Shown here piece by piece: positions 15,624 to 31,966 of a DNA stretch of 64,000 nt; the stretch's first letter is position 1, and every line of letters begins with the position of its first letter. Origin of the DNA: the human T2T-CHM13v2.0 reference genome, Homo sapiens. The notes beneath the pieces were generated by a model, which saw only the letters and a list, made by a program, of their open reading frames with translations, ran no database searches and was not told the origin of the DNA. The stretch lies in NCBI RefSeq assembly GCF_009914755.1, contig NC_060929.1; one strand, given 5' to 3'. A program made the translations under genes and the position numbers.

Positions 15624-16467
15624 ATGAAAGACTTCATGACTAAAACACCAAAAGCTATGAACAGACACTTCTCAAAAGAAGACATATATGAGGCCAACAA
15701 ACATATGATAAAAAGCTCATCATCACTGGTCATTAGAGAAATGCAAACCAAAGCCACAATGAGATACAATCTCACACCAGTTAGAATGGTGATCATTAAA
15801 AAGTCTGGAAACAACAGATGCTGGAGAGGATGTGTAGAAATAGAAATGCTTTTACCCGTTGGTGGGAGTGTAAATTACGTCAACCATTGTGGAAGACAGT
15901 GTGGCGATTCCTCAAGGATCTAGAACCAGAAATACCATTTGACCCAGCAATCCCATTACTGGGTATATAACCAAAGGATTATAAATCATTCTACTATAAA
16001 GACACATGCACACGTATGTTTATTGCAGCACTATTCACAATAGCACAGACTTGGAACCAACCCAAATGCCCATCAATGATAGATTGGATAAAGAAAATGT
16101 GACACATATACACCATGGAATACTATGCAGACATAAAAAGGATGAGTTCATGTCCTTTGCAGGGACATGGATGAAGCTGGAAACCATCATTCTCAGCAAA
16201 CTAACACAGGAACAGAACCAAACATTGCGTATTCTCACTCATAAGTGGGAGTTGAACACTGAGAACACATGGATACAGGGAGGGGAACATCACACACCAG
16301 GGTCAGTCAGTGGGTGGGGGGCCAGAGGAGCGATAGCATTAAGAGAAATACTTAATGTAGATGATGGGTTGATGGGTGCAGCAAACCACCATGGCATGTA
16401 CATACCTATGTAACAAACTTGCATGATCTGCACATGTATCCCAAAACTTAAAATATAATTTTAAAAA
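15624..16467 (+). mobile_element. 5'-truncated L1PA8-like element with an internal deletion near its 5' end
   Basis: [10 protein letters not shown] joined directly to MNRHFSKED; L1PA 3'UTR and short A-tail. Confidence 0.9.
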
Positions 16468-17467
16468 GCCCACTATTCACAAAATATTGCATATATCAGA
16501 AATATCTAGAAATATAAAATTGAGTTAGAAATACTCTTAGATAAATTAGCTTAAAGCATTTAATGCCAAATGGATGGAAAAGAAAAAAATACAGGCCATC
16601 CAGAAAGAAAAAAAGTAATTGAAGGGAAATTGAAGGCTAAAACTGGTTTTCATGTACATTATGTTAGGCAAATTGACCTGAAGCTTTTGGCTATTTCTTG
16701 AGATATTTCACAGAGTTGGCTATAATTAGTAATATTTTTTGAGTTTCAAGAAGTTAGAGACTATTTTAAACATTATCTTTTAATCACTGAACTTATTGTC
16801 CAAAGATTCCTCACATCTGCTGCTAATAGTGGTAGATATTTGCACTTTCTTCTCAACATGCAAGTTCCACAATGCCCTGTTAAAGAAACTTCTCCAGTGG
16901 GATGGAATAAAACATCAAAAATACAAGTTTCTAAATGCTTACTCTAAATTTCTGGCTTATTTTAGCAGTACTGGTAAAAGTGTTTAACCAACACAAGTTT
17001 GTAAACCATTATTTGAGTAGAGTTGTGATATACAAGAGAGACAATTTGTGCCCTCTAATATATTTTATTACTTAGGACTGCTTTTGACTAAGAGTAATGG
17101 GAAAAAATAGCCAAACAACTTCAAATTTCCAAAAAGAAAAAGAAAATTAATGCCTCCATAAATATTTAGCATAGAGATGTTGGAATTAAATCCCCAATAA
17201 AGTAAATAAACAAATAAACAAAAAGGTTCAAAATAATCCTCCCTCCCCCAAAAATAAACATAGAGAATCTGAAAATGTCATCAACTTTCAGAAAAAAATA
17301 TTAGTTCTTTTCTAAAGATATTATTCATCAAATTCCCAGTAGATCCCAAAGCTTGGAGCTATCAGCAAAAGAATTTAGTACTATTATTTTTATTGTTATT
17401 ATTATTATTATTATTGCATGTACAATAAGACCACATTGCATTGTGCATTATTTTAAGATTCGTTTTC

Positions 17468-18029
17468 CAGGTATCTAGAACTAGAAATACCATTTGACCC
17501 AGCCATCCCATTACTGGGTATATACCCAAAGGATTGTAAATCATGCTGCTATAAAGAGACATGCACACGCATGTTTATTGCGGCACTATTCACAATAGCA
17601 AAGACTTGGAACCAACCCAAATGTCCAACAATGATAGACTGGATTAAGAAAATGTGGCACATATACACCATGGAATACTATGCAGCCATAAAAAATGATG
17701 AGTTCATGTCCTTTGTAGGGACATGGGTGAAGCTGGAAACCATCATTCTCAGCAAACTATTGCAAGGACAAAAAACCAAACACCGCATGTTCTCACTCAC
17801 AGGTGGGAACTGAACAATGAGAACACATGGACACAGGAAGGGGAACATCACACACCACGGCCTGTTGTGGGGTGGCGGGAGGGGGGAGGGATAGTATTAG
17901 GAGATAAACCTAATGTTAAATGACGAGTTAATGGGTGCAGCACACCAACATGGCACATGTATACATATGTAACAAACCTGCATGTTGTGCACATGTACCC
18001 TAAAACTTAAAGTATAACTAAAAAAAAAA
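17468..18029 (+). mobile_element. 5'-truncated L1PA5-like element
   Basis: ORF2 C-terminus (17571-17813), 3'UTR, poly-A. Confidence 0.93.
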
Positions 18030-18165
18030 GGTAGAGTTAAATAGAATAAATGCTTTAGAGGGTCACGTAAGGTCGATTGGAAAATTCTTTGTAATTTTTT
18101 AAACATCTACTAGGAAAAACTGATGTAAAAACATTTTTCCACTGGCATGGAGCAATTCAATTCAC

Positions 18166-18312
18166 CTAGTAGAACCCAGCAGCTCCCAGCCTGTGTGGGG
18201 ATTATGAGGTAGAAGTTGGGCTGCTTTTTGATTTGGCTCACTGTTGATTGCACTGGGCTGACCTGGATCATTGGATTCTGAAGTTTTCGTGGATGGAAGC
18301 AGTGAAGATGTC
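18166..18312 (-). other. Candidate 147-nt cassette exon upstream of the TMEM232 coding exon
   Basis: cttttcttcatttattag|GAC acceptor and CTAG|gtgaat donor around GC-richer unique sequence; no transcript evidence available. Confidence 0.3.
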
Positions 18313-19579
18313 CTAATAAATGAAGAAAAGCATACGCCTATCAGTTAACAACCTTCTTTCTTCCCAAAGTGAAACGGTATGGCCATACGAATGGGGTTTT
18401 ATTATTAACCCTTTAATTCAGATTGTATACTTTTTGCCAGTTTATACATTTTACTTTTGCTTTTTGTGATTTAGTGATAAAGGAATGATTTCTATAAAGG
18501 CCTGATTATCTCCTTACACTGAAACTTGTTAAGATCAAAATAAAGAGGTAACATGAAAAAAAAAAAAAAAAGCAGTCTGAGGAAAAAAAAAATTCGTTTT
18601 CCAACTCCAACACAAACTACAAAATATCTGAGAAAATGTAAGCATTTAATTTTTACATGTTATTTTGCAATTATTCTAATTTACATCAAGTCTGGTTTTT
18701 AACCCATTTTTAACATAATTAGCTAAACTAGCAAAGTAAAAATTCATCATTTTATTCTAATTTACTGATGACAAAATAAACTTTACTAGACCTTTCTTGG
18801 TCAAGAAAAAACAATAATCAAGAATCAGGAATGTGCAAAGGAGTTAATTTGATAAATGTAGTAATAAATGTAAATTTGACAAGTATTTACTGTGAATCAT
18901 ATAAAATTATGAAGGTAAAAATGTTTAATTTGCATGAATGTGAAAAAAGTAATGAAGCAAATAATGACGAAGTTATTCCAAAGAAATAAGAAACCAAGAA
19001 TTTCTATTAGTCTTTTACGTATTGAGTTTGATTTTGTGAGGTGCTAAAACCAAAGTATATTATTTCTGAATATGTATGTCTAATGAAGCAATAAACATCA
19101 CCTTTTAAATGCCATTTATGTAAACCATAAAGAAGTTCAAACTAAAAAATGTTTGAAAGTATTACAAGAACCTGAAAAGTACTAATATTTCATCTGTTGG
19201 CTGTAGCCAATAGCACTTTATATTGCTAAGACTAAAAAGACATAGTTAATTGACAAAAAAGAGTCACAGACTACACATCAGAGATTTCCAATGAATCTTT
19301 GCCATGTATTCAGCACTGGTCGACCACATCGTGCAATGTACTCAGCACTGGTTGACAATATGGAGACAAACTTAGAGAACAAATAAATCTAGTAAACTAT
19401 TTTTCATTGCAACTTTAGAAACGCACAGACACTGCAAACTTCAGCAATTGCTTTACCACAAGTGCAATTTGGACATATTAGTGACAGAAAGGTAGAACTG
19501 TTGGATTAGCACCATTATTTACAAGTATAATTAGCTCTGAATGGAATAAAACTAGAAAAGCTTGCATTTGTTATTATTC

Positions 19580-19931
<352 letters not shown>

Positions 19932-20938
19932 TAGGTAATCGCTTGGAGTAGTTATTCAAATGGAGGAGTTTACACCAGAAACCTAGAAGCTGGGAAATAC
20001 TGACTCCAGCCAAATAACGACAAAGACGAAATTAAAACAAAAGAAAAACGGAGACTTCATTTCTACAACTGCATGGAGCTGTATTCTGCCAACCATCTGG
20101 ATGATCTTAGAAGTACATTCTTTACCAGAGCCTCCAGGTAACAGACTAGCTCAGCTGGCACCTTTTCTCCACCCCCAGCATTACTGAGCAAATGTAAGTG
20201 ACAAATAAGAATTGTATATATTTATGTTGTATAATGTGATGTTTTCATATATGCATACATTGTGAAATGATTACTACAATCAGGCTAATTAATATCTCCA
20301 TTACTTCAGTTATCTTTTTTTGTGTGTAGTGAGAAAATTTAAGGTCAACCCGCTGAGCCACTTTCAAGTATGTATTAACTATAGTCACCATGCTGTACAA
20401 CAGATCTCCAGAATTTATTGATTTTAACTGAAACTTGTTACCCTTTGACCAACATCCCCCATTTCTATCTCCCACTCCTAGCTGTTGGCAACCATCATCC
20501 TACTCTCTGCTTCTATGAGTTTGATAGTTTTAGATTCTACGTATAAGTGAAAACATGGCATATTTTTCTTTCCATGTTGGGCTTATTTCACTTAGCACAG
20601 TGTCCTCCAAGTTCATCCATGTCATCTCAAATGACAGAATTTCCTTATTTTTAAAAGCTAAATTACATATCATTAGGTATATATACTACATTTTTGTTAT
20701 GCATTCCTCCATCAATGGACACTTAGATTAATTTTATATCTTGGCTATTGTGAATAATGCTGCAATGAACATGGGAGTGCAGATGTCTCTTTGACATGCT
20801 GATTTCATTTCCATTGAATACATACCCAGTAGTGGGATGGTTGGTTCCTAAGGTAGTTCTATTTTCAATTTTTTTTTTAAGGAACTTCTACAATGGCTAT
20901 ACTAATTTACATTGACACCAGTAGTGTACAGGGTTCCC

Positions 20939-21602
<664 letters not shown>

Positions 21603-22594
21603 TCATTGCTTGTGTAATAGCCATTCTAACAGTTATAAGGTGATATCTCATTGTGGTCTCAATTTGCATTTCTCTGATGATTAGTGATGCAGAGCATCTT
21701 TTCATATATCTATTGGCCATTTGTGTATCTTCTTTTGAGAAATGTCTATACAGGTTCTATGTTCATTTTTTTTAATTGTCTAATTTTTTTTTTCTATTGA
21801 GTTGTTTGAGTCCCTTAAATATAATGGATATTAACCTTTTTTTGGATGTGTGGTGTGCAAATATTTTTTTTCCATCTGCTATCTTAGTTTCAATTTGTGA
21901 GACACCAAGCAGAGAACCCAGCTGAATCTGCCTGGATTTGTGACCAAAAGAACTGTGAGATAGTAAATGAAAGTTATTTTAAACCTCTAAGTTGTTGTAA
22001 TTTGTTTCGGTAGCAATAGAAAACTAAAACAAGATATCTCATAATTTAGCAATTATCATTGAAGTGGGTGATAATCTTTATATTGCAGTCTGTAAAAAGT
22101 TATCACTAAGCATCGTATTATTTGATGGAATGTTTAGATTTTATTTTCTAAAGAAGATTCACACATAAGGAGTTCATGAATCCAGAATCCATTTCTTTCT
22201 TTAAAATATAATTTGTTTGGGTGTAGAGTAATAGGAGAACTTATAGGAACTGGCTGCTGGTAAAACGTTTGACATTAAATTTTGAAAATACAGCAAAATT
22301 TTATGTTAGGCAAAAAATTTAACATTCTTAAATTGATGATATTTGAAAAAAATTTCTTCTTTGATTCCCATCATCATACTTAGGTGAGACTCATTTTTCT
22401 ACTATGAATATTATTCAAACAAAATACAGAAACAGTGGAGAGATACGTTAGTTCATGCAAAGAATACTATTGAAATTCAATCCAAATTGGATAAAATTAA
22501 GAAGCATCAGAAAGATTACTGGTCACATTAAAAATTTTGATATTGATATACGTAATGTGTGTTCCCTATGTGCACATGGGTTGTTTTCTTGTTT

Positions 22595-24165
<1,571 letters not shown>

Positions 24166-24529
24166 CATATAGATTTTTGACATATGAAATTATTCTTTCA
24201 CTAATATCTTTGTTTTGTTATGATTGAGGAATGACAAAAAGTTATGAGCATAATATTTATCTCCATATTAATTAGTTACATGTATTTTCACTCATTAATA
24301 TAATTTTGCAATTGTTTTCCTTTCCACTGTGTTATATTTGTGTAGATTATATTTACTCAAAAGCAATTTTATGTCTGTTGGTTCTAAGTATTTACATTTG
24401 ATTTTTGGCTGTCTTTTTATTTTTCATTTTATGGTAATTATCTTTCATTTTAATTTTTCCATGACAATTTAGAAGTTTTAAAATTGGTACTCTACAGAGA
24501 GTTGGAAAAGCATCTTTAAAAAGTAATCA

Positions 24530-24654
24530 TATGTCTGCTGATTCCTTACATCCTAACTCCAGACCTATTACATTTAGTCTCTGGAGTTGTCCAGGAATGT
24601 GTGTTTGTCCTGTTTTGTTTCAAGCTCCCCAGGTGAGTTTAATATGCAACCCAA
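24530..24654. mobile_element. MER5-like hAT DNA transposon fragment
   Basis: CAAGCTCCCCAGGTGAGTTTAATATGCA motif. Confidence 0.55.
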
Positions 24655-24959
<305 letters not shown>

Positions 24960-25889
24960 GCAACCTAAGTAGCTTAAAGTCATTGTGTAACAAAATCAGA
25001 GCTTTGACATAAACATGAAAAGTATAAGGTTTGCAGAGATGTAGGAAGTAGAATAATCTTTTTCTTGGTCTTCTTTTATTTTGTTCTTTAGCTTTGGTCA
25101 AGTACAATCCCTTACTCTAACATAAACATTTTTCTATTATTGAGTAAAACCATATTCTAAAGCAGAAAACCTTCTCTAAAAAGAAGCTACATTAAAATTT
25201 AAACATTTATTATAGGATGAGCATGCTAGATATGTCTTTTTTTGGAAAAAAAATAGAAAATAATTAGAATCAGAAAATCTGTGTTAAAATAACTGCACTG
25301 ACATTAACATATTTTTCATATTTGAGGAAGGGGGTTCAGAAGGTCACAGGAGTTAGGGAAGGAGGGAAAAAGAAAGTAAAATCACCTAAGGAGTTTTTAA
25401 ATTAACCCATCTAATCTGATTTGCCTTAAAGGAGAGAGGAAAATGGGGTATGGGTAGGGGTAGAGAAGAATCTGCAAAGAGAAAGGAGGAAGAAAAGGGG
25501 TAAAGAGAGAGGGAAAAGAGAAGGGTGAGGGCAGAGTGAAATGGGGATTGTTTCAAACTATACACGACGACACTCCAACACCAGGATTCTGCCAATACCA
25601 CTCTAGATGCTCTAAGAGCTCCAGCAAAGAGGTTGAGGAGGAAGGAAATGTGCAGTTCATAAAAGCCAGGGGAGGTAGTTCTTCATGGGCTCACTGGTTG
25701 AAAACCACTTGTATACGACAATTTCTCAGGCAGTGTTGATAGCCATAAAAAGACTAGAAATTTGGCCGAGGGGTGAGACTCCCAGTGATGCCTGCAAGGA
25801 TTAACTGAGGACCAGGGAGGAATGTAAACAGCCACATCTGTATCTTCTATGGCAATTGCTTCCGGGAGGAGCAGGGCAGCAGGAAGGTG

Positions 25890-26085
25890 GGCAGGAATGC
25901 TAGGTACTTGGCTTCTGGATCCCTCTTCCCTAATTATTCAATAAGCACTCCCTACCTGTTCAAGTTTCAGTTTCTCACCTGTAAAACAGAAATGATAATA
26001 TCTAAGCAGAGTTGCCTGAGGATTAAGTAAGATAAAATATTCTCCATATTGTAGGGTGTCAGTGAATGATAGCCATTTAATAGTT
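25890..26085 (+). mobile_element. MIR SINE
   Basis: TCAGTTTCTCACCTGTAAAACAGAAATGATAATA...TGAGGATTAA core. Confidence 0.7.
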
Positions 26086-29000
26086 GAATGCGTGAGAGAG
26101 ATTAAATATCTATCTTCATCCGAAAAAAGGGGGTTTGTGTTATTCATTGTTGGACCTAAATTCTCAAAGACACTTTGAAGTAGAGTGGAATATTTAAATG
26201 GGTGAGAACCATTTGCCAGAAGAGATTAGCAAAAACAAGTTACAGTTACAAGTTTAAGTGGAGTTGAATAATAGAACTTGGTCACAAATACTAATCAGTA
26301 ATGGAGTTCAAACATTCAGCTTCTAAAATGCTATTTGCTAAAAAGAGAGTCTTGAACCATCTATTAAAACCTACTGCAGAAATAATTCATAACATTTCAT
26401 TCCTTCTCGGGAGAGTTATATGCATAGAGCATGTTGACTTGTGAATTGTACAAAAAGGAGACAACAGTAGCATATTTCATGATATTTCATAGTCTTTAGT
26501 AACCCCAGACCATTTTACAACAGAAATAAAAAAATAAAATGAGGCTAAAAATTTTAACTTCTTCTGCTATTAAGACACATTTTTTTTACTTTGCAGTAAA
26601 ATCACAATTAAATGTAAAGAAACTAAAATAAACTTGTTAAATTGGATTATTTCACTTTTACATCACTGTCAAGAAGTAGCTATAATTTTTCCTGAATCAG
26701 CAAAAGATGATGTAAAAGGAAATAATAGCTTTAAGTAAATTAAAATTATCCTTAAGATTAAAATATCCTTTTTATTTTCTACAGTCCCAAAACACAGGGT
26801 ACTCATTAAATTTGTGGATAGAAATGGAAATAAAACATTAAGTGAATAAAAATGATCTGAATGATTGAATTGCTCTCCCTTTAAAATAAGCAAAACCTTC
26901 CCTAAATAATGAAATGAAAGGTTAAAAAAAAAACAACAATTATTTTAGACACCAACTATTTCTAGGACCCAGCTCTCTGCTTGCTCTAATGTTCTTGGCT
27001 TATAAAGCATCCCACTGTGGAAGATGGTCTAAAGTAGCTGCCACATTTTCTTTACCACTTCCCAGGGGTAAATTCTGATAATTTAAATAGATTTCAAAAA
27101 TTTACCTTGCATATTTATCTGAAATGGCCAAAAAAATGGCTTGATTTCAGGCTTTAATTATATCAGATATGGTTTTTATATTAAATGATATTTACTCTTA
27201 AATTTATTCTAGTACAAAAAATGTAGTATCTAGAATATAGTTTCTGCTATGACCTCAGCTTTGAGATGATCTCTCCAAGGCTGACAAGAATATCCCAGTA
27301 GACAAATCCACTATGAGCTTTTCAGTACTGATCTTACCTGATCCCTCCATGGTATCTGACCCTGCCAACCACCCCTTCTGGAATTAAGTGTCTTCTTTCT
27401 CATTCATCATTACACTCCTAGGACATTTGGCTTTTCTCCCTCTCAGACTTCTGTGTGGTATGGTGGGTAAGTGTGCAATGCAGGAATCAGCAGCTTACTT
27501 TAATCCTTGCTCCAGAACAGACTATGTCTGTTTCATTGTGCAGATTACATTAACTGCAGGTGCCTCAGTTATCTCATCTACAAATAGGGATTATATTGGT
27601 CTTGCTTGTTAATGGGACCTTACTATCCAAGTGGAAAGGAACACTTATTACTTATTATGTGTTTTTTTGTGTAATACCCTTTTAATTAATTATATAAATG
27701 GACTAAGCAATAAATACTTTAAACATGAAAATATTCCAAAATTAGTACATCAAAATGTGTGGGTTTAATTGATAACTATAAAATACAGGTTAAAAATAAA
27801 TGGGGATTTATTAACCTTTGTGCATAGCTGGCCTTTTATAATAAAATACTGAAAGTACTGATTCACAATTACATAGATGTAACAATTTTTAAGCATTAAA
27901 TTATAAATTACAAAGAGATACACACACACACATATATATGTTGTGGCCTTGTAATATATATATATAGAGAGAGTACATGTGATTCTCTTAGATGTTTAAA
28001 CAACCAAAAAAATACAATATCTAATATTATAATAATCAAAAGAATAACCAGCACGCTTAAACAAAAACTGCTTTTAAAATTGTTAATAAAATCATTTTAA
28101 TTATTTTTATCATTATCTATTTTTATTATGCTCATTCTTTCTTTCCAGAATATCTTCCTAAGGCTTTTAGTAGTTTTATTATTATTATGCCTTTTTAGAG
28201 TTTCAACAATCTTATTATATTCTATACAAAAATATATAAAATTTTGAGCCACTCAAGGTTATAGAATCTGTGGCAGTATGGGAAAGGGTACTTATTGGGA
28301 AATATTACCTATTAACCTAGCTGCAAACATTTCTAAACAAAACATAAGAAAACCATACCTAGGGATATCAATAAAAAAGAATTCATTATAACGGAGATGG
28401 GTTTAGTCTCAGAAGAGCAAGGATGATTTAATACTGTAAAATCTATTTTTACAGACCATAACATTGGTGTATTGATGTACTTAAAGCAAAATAGTAGGAA
28501 ATATTTTGATATATGCCAAAGAATAATTCCATTAAATTCAGTTTCCATTCATGATTCTAAAAACAAATAAAAAAACTTTCCAAGCTAAGAATAGTTCTCC
28601 TTATTTTAATTAAATGTATCTAGGAAAAACTAAAACAAACATGATAATTAATGATAAATCATTGGAAGCTTTATCTTAAAAGCCAGAAACCATAAAAGGG
28701 TGTCTATATCATTACTACTACTCAAAATGTAATAGGCAGTTGCAGTCAAGAATAACCTTAAAAAGAAAAAGAATAAAGAATATAAATACATGAAAAGAAG
28801 AGGGACCATATTTATTTTTTAAATATTTACATTAAAATCTCTGAAGAATCTGTACAAACAAAAAATAGATTATATCCAATTAAGAAGAGATTTCTGGATA
28901 AACAATTAATACAGAAAAGTTAGTGACATGAGTTTTAGTGCCAGTAAAGATGGCTTTTGGCTCCTGTCTCTAAAAGCAACTTTGAAGGACTAAAGAAGGA

Positions 29001-29331
29001 AACGTGAAATCCAAGATATTATAGATTAAAAGAAAAAATAAAACACTTGAGCTAAGCCCCTGGAGAAATGAAAAGCTATTTTAAACATGTTAGAGAAAGA
29101 GGTTTGTAAGTGCAGCTCTGTGAGAATAAATTAGTAAACAGGAGTTCGAGTTATTCTTTTTAACTACTGATAAGTATGCAACAACAAACAACAAAAATTT
29201 AGCAAAGCTATAGAAGCAATATAATTACTATGCTTGACCAAATGGACATATAGAGAATTCTATATTTATTTATTAGAGAATATACATTTTTCCCAAACAC
29301 ACAAGAACAATTTATCTCTCTCTTGTTTTTT

Positions 29332-29465
29332 CTATGTCCCCCCTATTCACAATATAGACAAGGCACAGGACCTGGGCTGAGTTGTATACGGGGTGTGTTT
29401 ACTCTATCTCTTTTTTTCTGTACAGTCAATGCAAGCACACAGCTGCTTGTAAGCACCAGGAGGCC
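29332..29465 (-). ncRNA. SNORA51: Retroposed copy of H/ACA snoRNA SNORA51 (ACA51), probably a pseudogene
   Basis: Minus strand reads GGCCTCCTGGTGCTTAC...AGAGTAAAC...CCTGTGCCTTGTCTATATTGTGAATAGGGGGACATAG, matching SNORA51 as I recall it; ACA box 3 nt from the end; decayed A-tail 29314-29331; TSD AACAATTT (29306-13 / 29466-73). Confidence 0.85.
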
Positions 29466-30609
29466 AACAATTTCTAAAACTTGATCACATGCTAGCTTAG
29501 AAAGTATGTCTTAACGAATTGCAAAATGTAGGTAATCTACATGAGTAGATTATATTCCCTGACATCAAAACACAATTGAGTTAGAAAATTATAACAAAAG
29601 GATAAATTAACTCTACATATATTGGGAAATAAAAAACACTAATTCTAGGTCACCTACGGCTCAAAAAAAGAAATAACAATGAAATTTGAAAAATATTTAG
29701 AATTAAATGATAGTAAAATACTACATATAAAAACTTATGATGTGCAAGAAAATGGCACTTCAGAGGAAATGTTACATAAACATTCATCTAACAGCAAAGG
29801 AAAGCTAAAAATTAATTAGCCAACATTACAAATGGGAAAAATAACAGCAAAGTAGACCCCAAAAAAGTGGAAGTGAAGAGAAGTTTTAAGAGCAGATATT
29901 GGTGATATACAGAACAAAATCTGAGAAAGATCAACAAAGCCAGTATGATCAAAATCATTAGTCTTTGGAAAAATTCAAATTAAAAGCATAATGAACTTCT
30001 ATTTCACACTAACTAGAATTGCTAACATTAAAAAAACTGACAATACCAAATTCTGAGGAATATAGAACAATGAAACTCTAATATGTTGCTGATGGCAGTG
30101 AAAATAAGCTATAACAATGTAGGAAATCTATTTGTCTGTGCCTTTGTAAGTTAACTGTACACCTACACCCTGACCTAGAAATTCCATTCCCAAAGCAATG
30201 AAAACACTGTCATAAAAAGACTTGTACAAGAATGCCTATAGTACTGTTATTCGCAATAGTCCCAAACCAGAAACAACTCAACCATCTGTCAGTGGGAAAA
30301 TGGATAAACAATTTGTGGTATGTTTATATAATAGGATTATTCTCAGTAACAACAAAGAACAAATTAATGCTACAAGCAACGACATGCATAAATCTCAAAA
30401 ATACTACATTGAGTGAAAAAAGCCAAACACAAAAGTGTACATACTATGTGATTTCATATATGAGAAATTCAAGCACAGACAAAACTACTGCATGGTGATG
30501 GTCTATGGGAGGTGTAAGGATTGAATGGAAGGTGGCATGATGGAAATATTATATATTAGGGATGGTAACATGGGTATATGTATGTATCAAAACTCAATGA
30601 AACAGATTA

Positions 30610-31152
30610 AATTTTTAAAGATGACCACAGCAGTATCTCCCATACTGTATGTTGTGCAATGTGACCTTGCCACTCCCCCAAACAAGAGATAGAGTCTAAT
30701 CCCAACACTTGTGAATCTGGGCTTAATTCAGTGACTTAGTTGACTAACAGAATGTGGCAGAAGTGACACTCTAGGACTTCAGAGGCCAAACTACTAAAAC
30801 AGCCTTACAGTTTGCTCCTGGGTCTCTTGGGACATGCAGAATCCAGCCACCATGCTATGAGAAGGCAATGTCACATGGAGAGCCATGTATAGAGGATCAG
30901 GTTTATAGTTCTAACCAAGTGCGCAAGTAACAGCAAGCAGAAACTGCCAGGCATGTGAGAGAGCCATTTTGGTTGTCCAACCCAATCAAGTCTTCAGATG
31001 ACTAGAGACTCAGTTGACATCAAACCACATCCTGTGGTTTAAGGAGATACCCCAAATGATAATTATCCAGAGAAGACAGTCAACTCCAAAACTGTGCGAG
31101 TTGATAAAAAAAAAAATTGTTTTAAGCCACTAAGTTATAGATAACCAGAACC
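30610..31152 (+). mobile_element. MLT1G/H-like MaLR solo LTR
   Basis: GCAATGTGACCTTGCCACTCC, AGAATGTGGCAGAAGTGAC, TTTTAAGCCACTAAGT...GATAACCAGAAC. Confidence 0.75.
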
Positions 31153-31659
31153 CTTATTGAGTTGTATGAACACTTGTACATTTCACTATATGCAAATTTT
31201 ACTTCAGTACAAATAAGATTATAAGAGAAAATACTGTATTTGAATTAGGTTTAGCGACATATAACAGAAATAAAAATAAGGGCTCAAACAGTATAGAAGC
31301 ATATTTCTCTCTGATGTACGAAAATAAAAAATAAAAGAACATAAAAGTTCAAAAACAATGTAGGGTGTATTGGGCAGCTTCACAGTCATGAGACCAAGGC
31401 TCTGTCTAAATCTTCCTTTCACGGTCATTGTTAGGCCTCCCCTGACTTCAGGTTGTTCACAGGCTCATGTAGCATCACATCACTGGGGAGCTACTATTGG
31501 TCATTATGTATTATTGATCCTCATCTTCAAAGGAGCACTGTTAATCAAGTCTGCTTTTCATCCCTTTTTCATTCTCCCAGATCAGGATGCCATTATCTCT
31601 GTCCTAGATTAATACAATAACTGCTTATCTACCATTCTCCTTCTGACCTTTCTTCCCCC

Positions 31660-31966
31660 TGAGAAAAGAAAAATAACTCAGGGGAGTTTGAATAGTGCTG
31701 CCTCACCCATTATCTTCATGTTCTTGGAATTTGTGGCACAAGAACCAGGTATAGCTAATCAACACTTTATGTTATTTTAATGTAAGTGATTGGTAAACAG
31801 CTTAGGAACTGCCTCTTCTTTCCTTTAAAAACCCACGTGTAACTGCTGCTAATCGGAGCATATATTCAGGGCAACTTGAATCTGTCTCTTGGGTTGCAGT
31901 CCTCAAATCTGACCCAAATAAACTCTCTATATTAATTTTCTCTCCATTTTTTCCTTTAGGTTGATA
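31660..31966 (+). mobile_element. MER34-like ERV1 solo LTR, internally deleted
   Basis: TG start; GCAGTCCTCAAA..AATAAACTCTCTA..TTTAGGTTGATA end. Confidence 0.65.

Larger units (their letters stand above)
28290..31215 (+). mobile_element. Degenerate L1ME fragments (host to the snoRNA retrocopy and an MLT1 LTR)
   Basis: Decayed ORF2 and 3'UTR motifs (AAATCTCAAAAATACTACATTGAGTGAAAAAAGCCA); boundaries approximate. Confidence 0.6.

Noticed and set aside
19303-19356. Two ~21-nt direct repeats with a spacer (CRISPR-like) or a minus-strand exon
   Set aside because: Only two units, in mammalian DNA: a small tandem duplication. All frames stop and there is no convincing donor
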